25,469 nt of DNA from a virus (Duplodnaviria > Caudoviricetes). The number at the start of each line of letters is the position of its first letter. Positions within the stretch are counted from its first letter, which is position 1. Shown here piece after piece: positions 25,096-25,469 of the stretch. Below the pieces are notes generated by a model that did not search any database, was not told where the DNA came from, and saw only the letters and a program-made list of their open reading frames with translations. Made by a program: the position numbers and the translations under genes. Location of the stretch: the IMG/VR virus record IMGVR_UViG_3300005805_000440, positions 1 through 25,469 of that record; one strand, 5' to 3'.

Positions 25096-25469
25096 GTGTC
25101 TTACGTTGGGCTTCATGTCCACACCCATTACTCTTTGATGGATGGTGTGGCAACTCCGCAGGAATATGTCAAACGTGCCGTTGAACTCGGTATGCCTGCA
25201 ATTGCGATTACAGATCACGGTACTCTTTCTGGGCACCGTGAGATGTATCGCACCTGCAAAGAAGCGGGTATTAAACCTATTCTTGGCGTAGAAGGATATA
25301 TTGCGTATGATAGATTTGATAAGCGAGACAAAGCCGAAAGAACTGGTCCGCTTGATCTTAACTATTTTCACATTGTCCTTCTTGCCAAGAACCAACAGGG
25401 CTTGGAAAATCTAAACAAACTAAATGAAATTGGCTGGACCGAAGGGTTTTATAAAAAGCCAAGAATTGA
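25096..25469 (+). CDS. dnaE: DNA polymerase III alpha subunit, N-terminal PHP domain (runs off window, absent from ORF track)
   Basis: My translation from GTG is MSYVGLHVHTHYSLMDG..AIAITDHG..GIKPILGVEGY..FHIVLLAKNQQGLENLNKL..GFYKKPRI, containing hallmark DnaE motifs. Confidence 0.95.
   Translation, partial: MSYVGLHVHTHYSLMDGVATPQEYVKRAVELGMPAIAITDHGTLSGHREMYRTCKEAGIKPILGVEGYIAYDRFDKRDKAERTGPLDLNYFHIVLLAKNQQGLENLNKLNEIGWTEGFYKKPRI

Noticed and set aside
25093-25395. Minus-strand 100-aa ORF
   Set aside because: Antisense to the clear DnaE PHP reading frame.
1-25469. CRISPR arrays, tRNAs, introns/inteins, DGR repeats, integrase, lysis genes, stop-codon reassignment
   Set aside because: No repeat-spacer pattern or cloverleaf seen. 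Intergenic gaps are very short, ORFs tile densely in the standard code with all three stop codons used, and helicase and primase have normal lengths.

Overview
AT-rich segment of a large tailed dsDNA phage with a siphovirus-type, non-contractile tail. All credible genes are on the + strand. The order is: 3' end of the major capsid gene, a Rho-N/HeH-like protein, head-tail joining genes, tail terminator, major tail protein, two paralogous tail assembly chaperones, a 2646-aa tape measure protein (TMP), Dit-like and large tail-tip proteins, and minor tail/fibre genes. A Zn-ribbon and HTH pair follows without a break, then a replication module: putative helicase loader, DnaB-like helicase, DnaG-like primase, SSB, and the start of a DnaE (Pol III alpha) gene missing from the ORF track. 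Gene order and apparent leaderless promoters suggest an actinobacterial host (inference). Main observations: (1) an HNH/HNN-spaced nuclease-like motif lies in a basic insert inside the TMP, after an internal copy of the TMP C-terminal motif and between hydrophobic blocks; (2) the usual G/GT chaperone frameshift appears to be replaced by gene duplication with separate expression signals; (3) no AGCT was found by manual scan of the window; (4) there are two promoter classes. All calls come from reading motifs by eye, with no database search.
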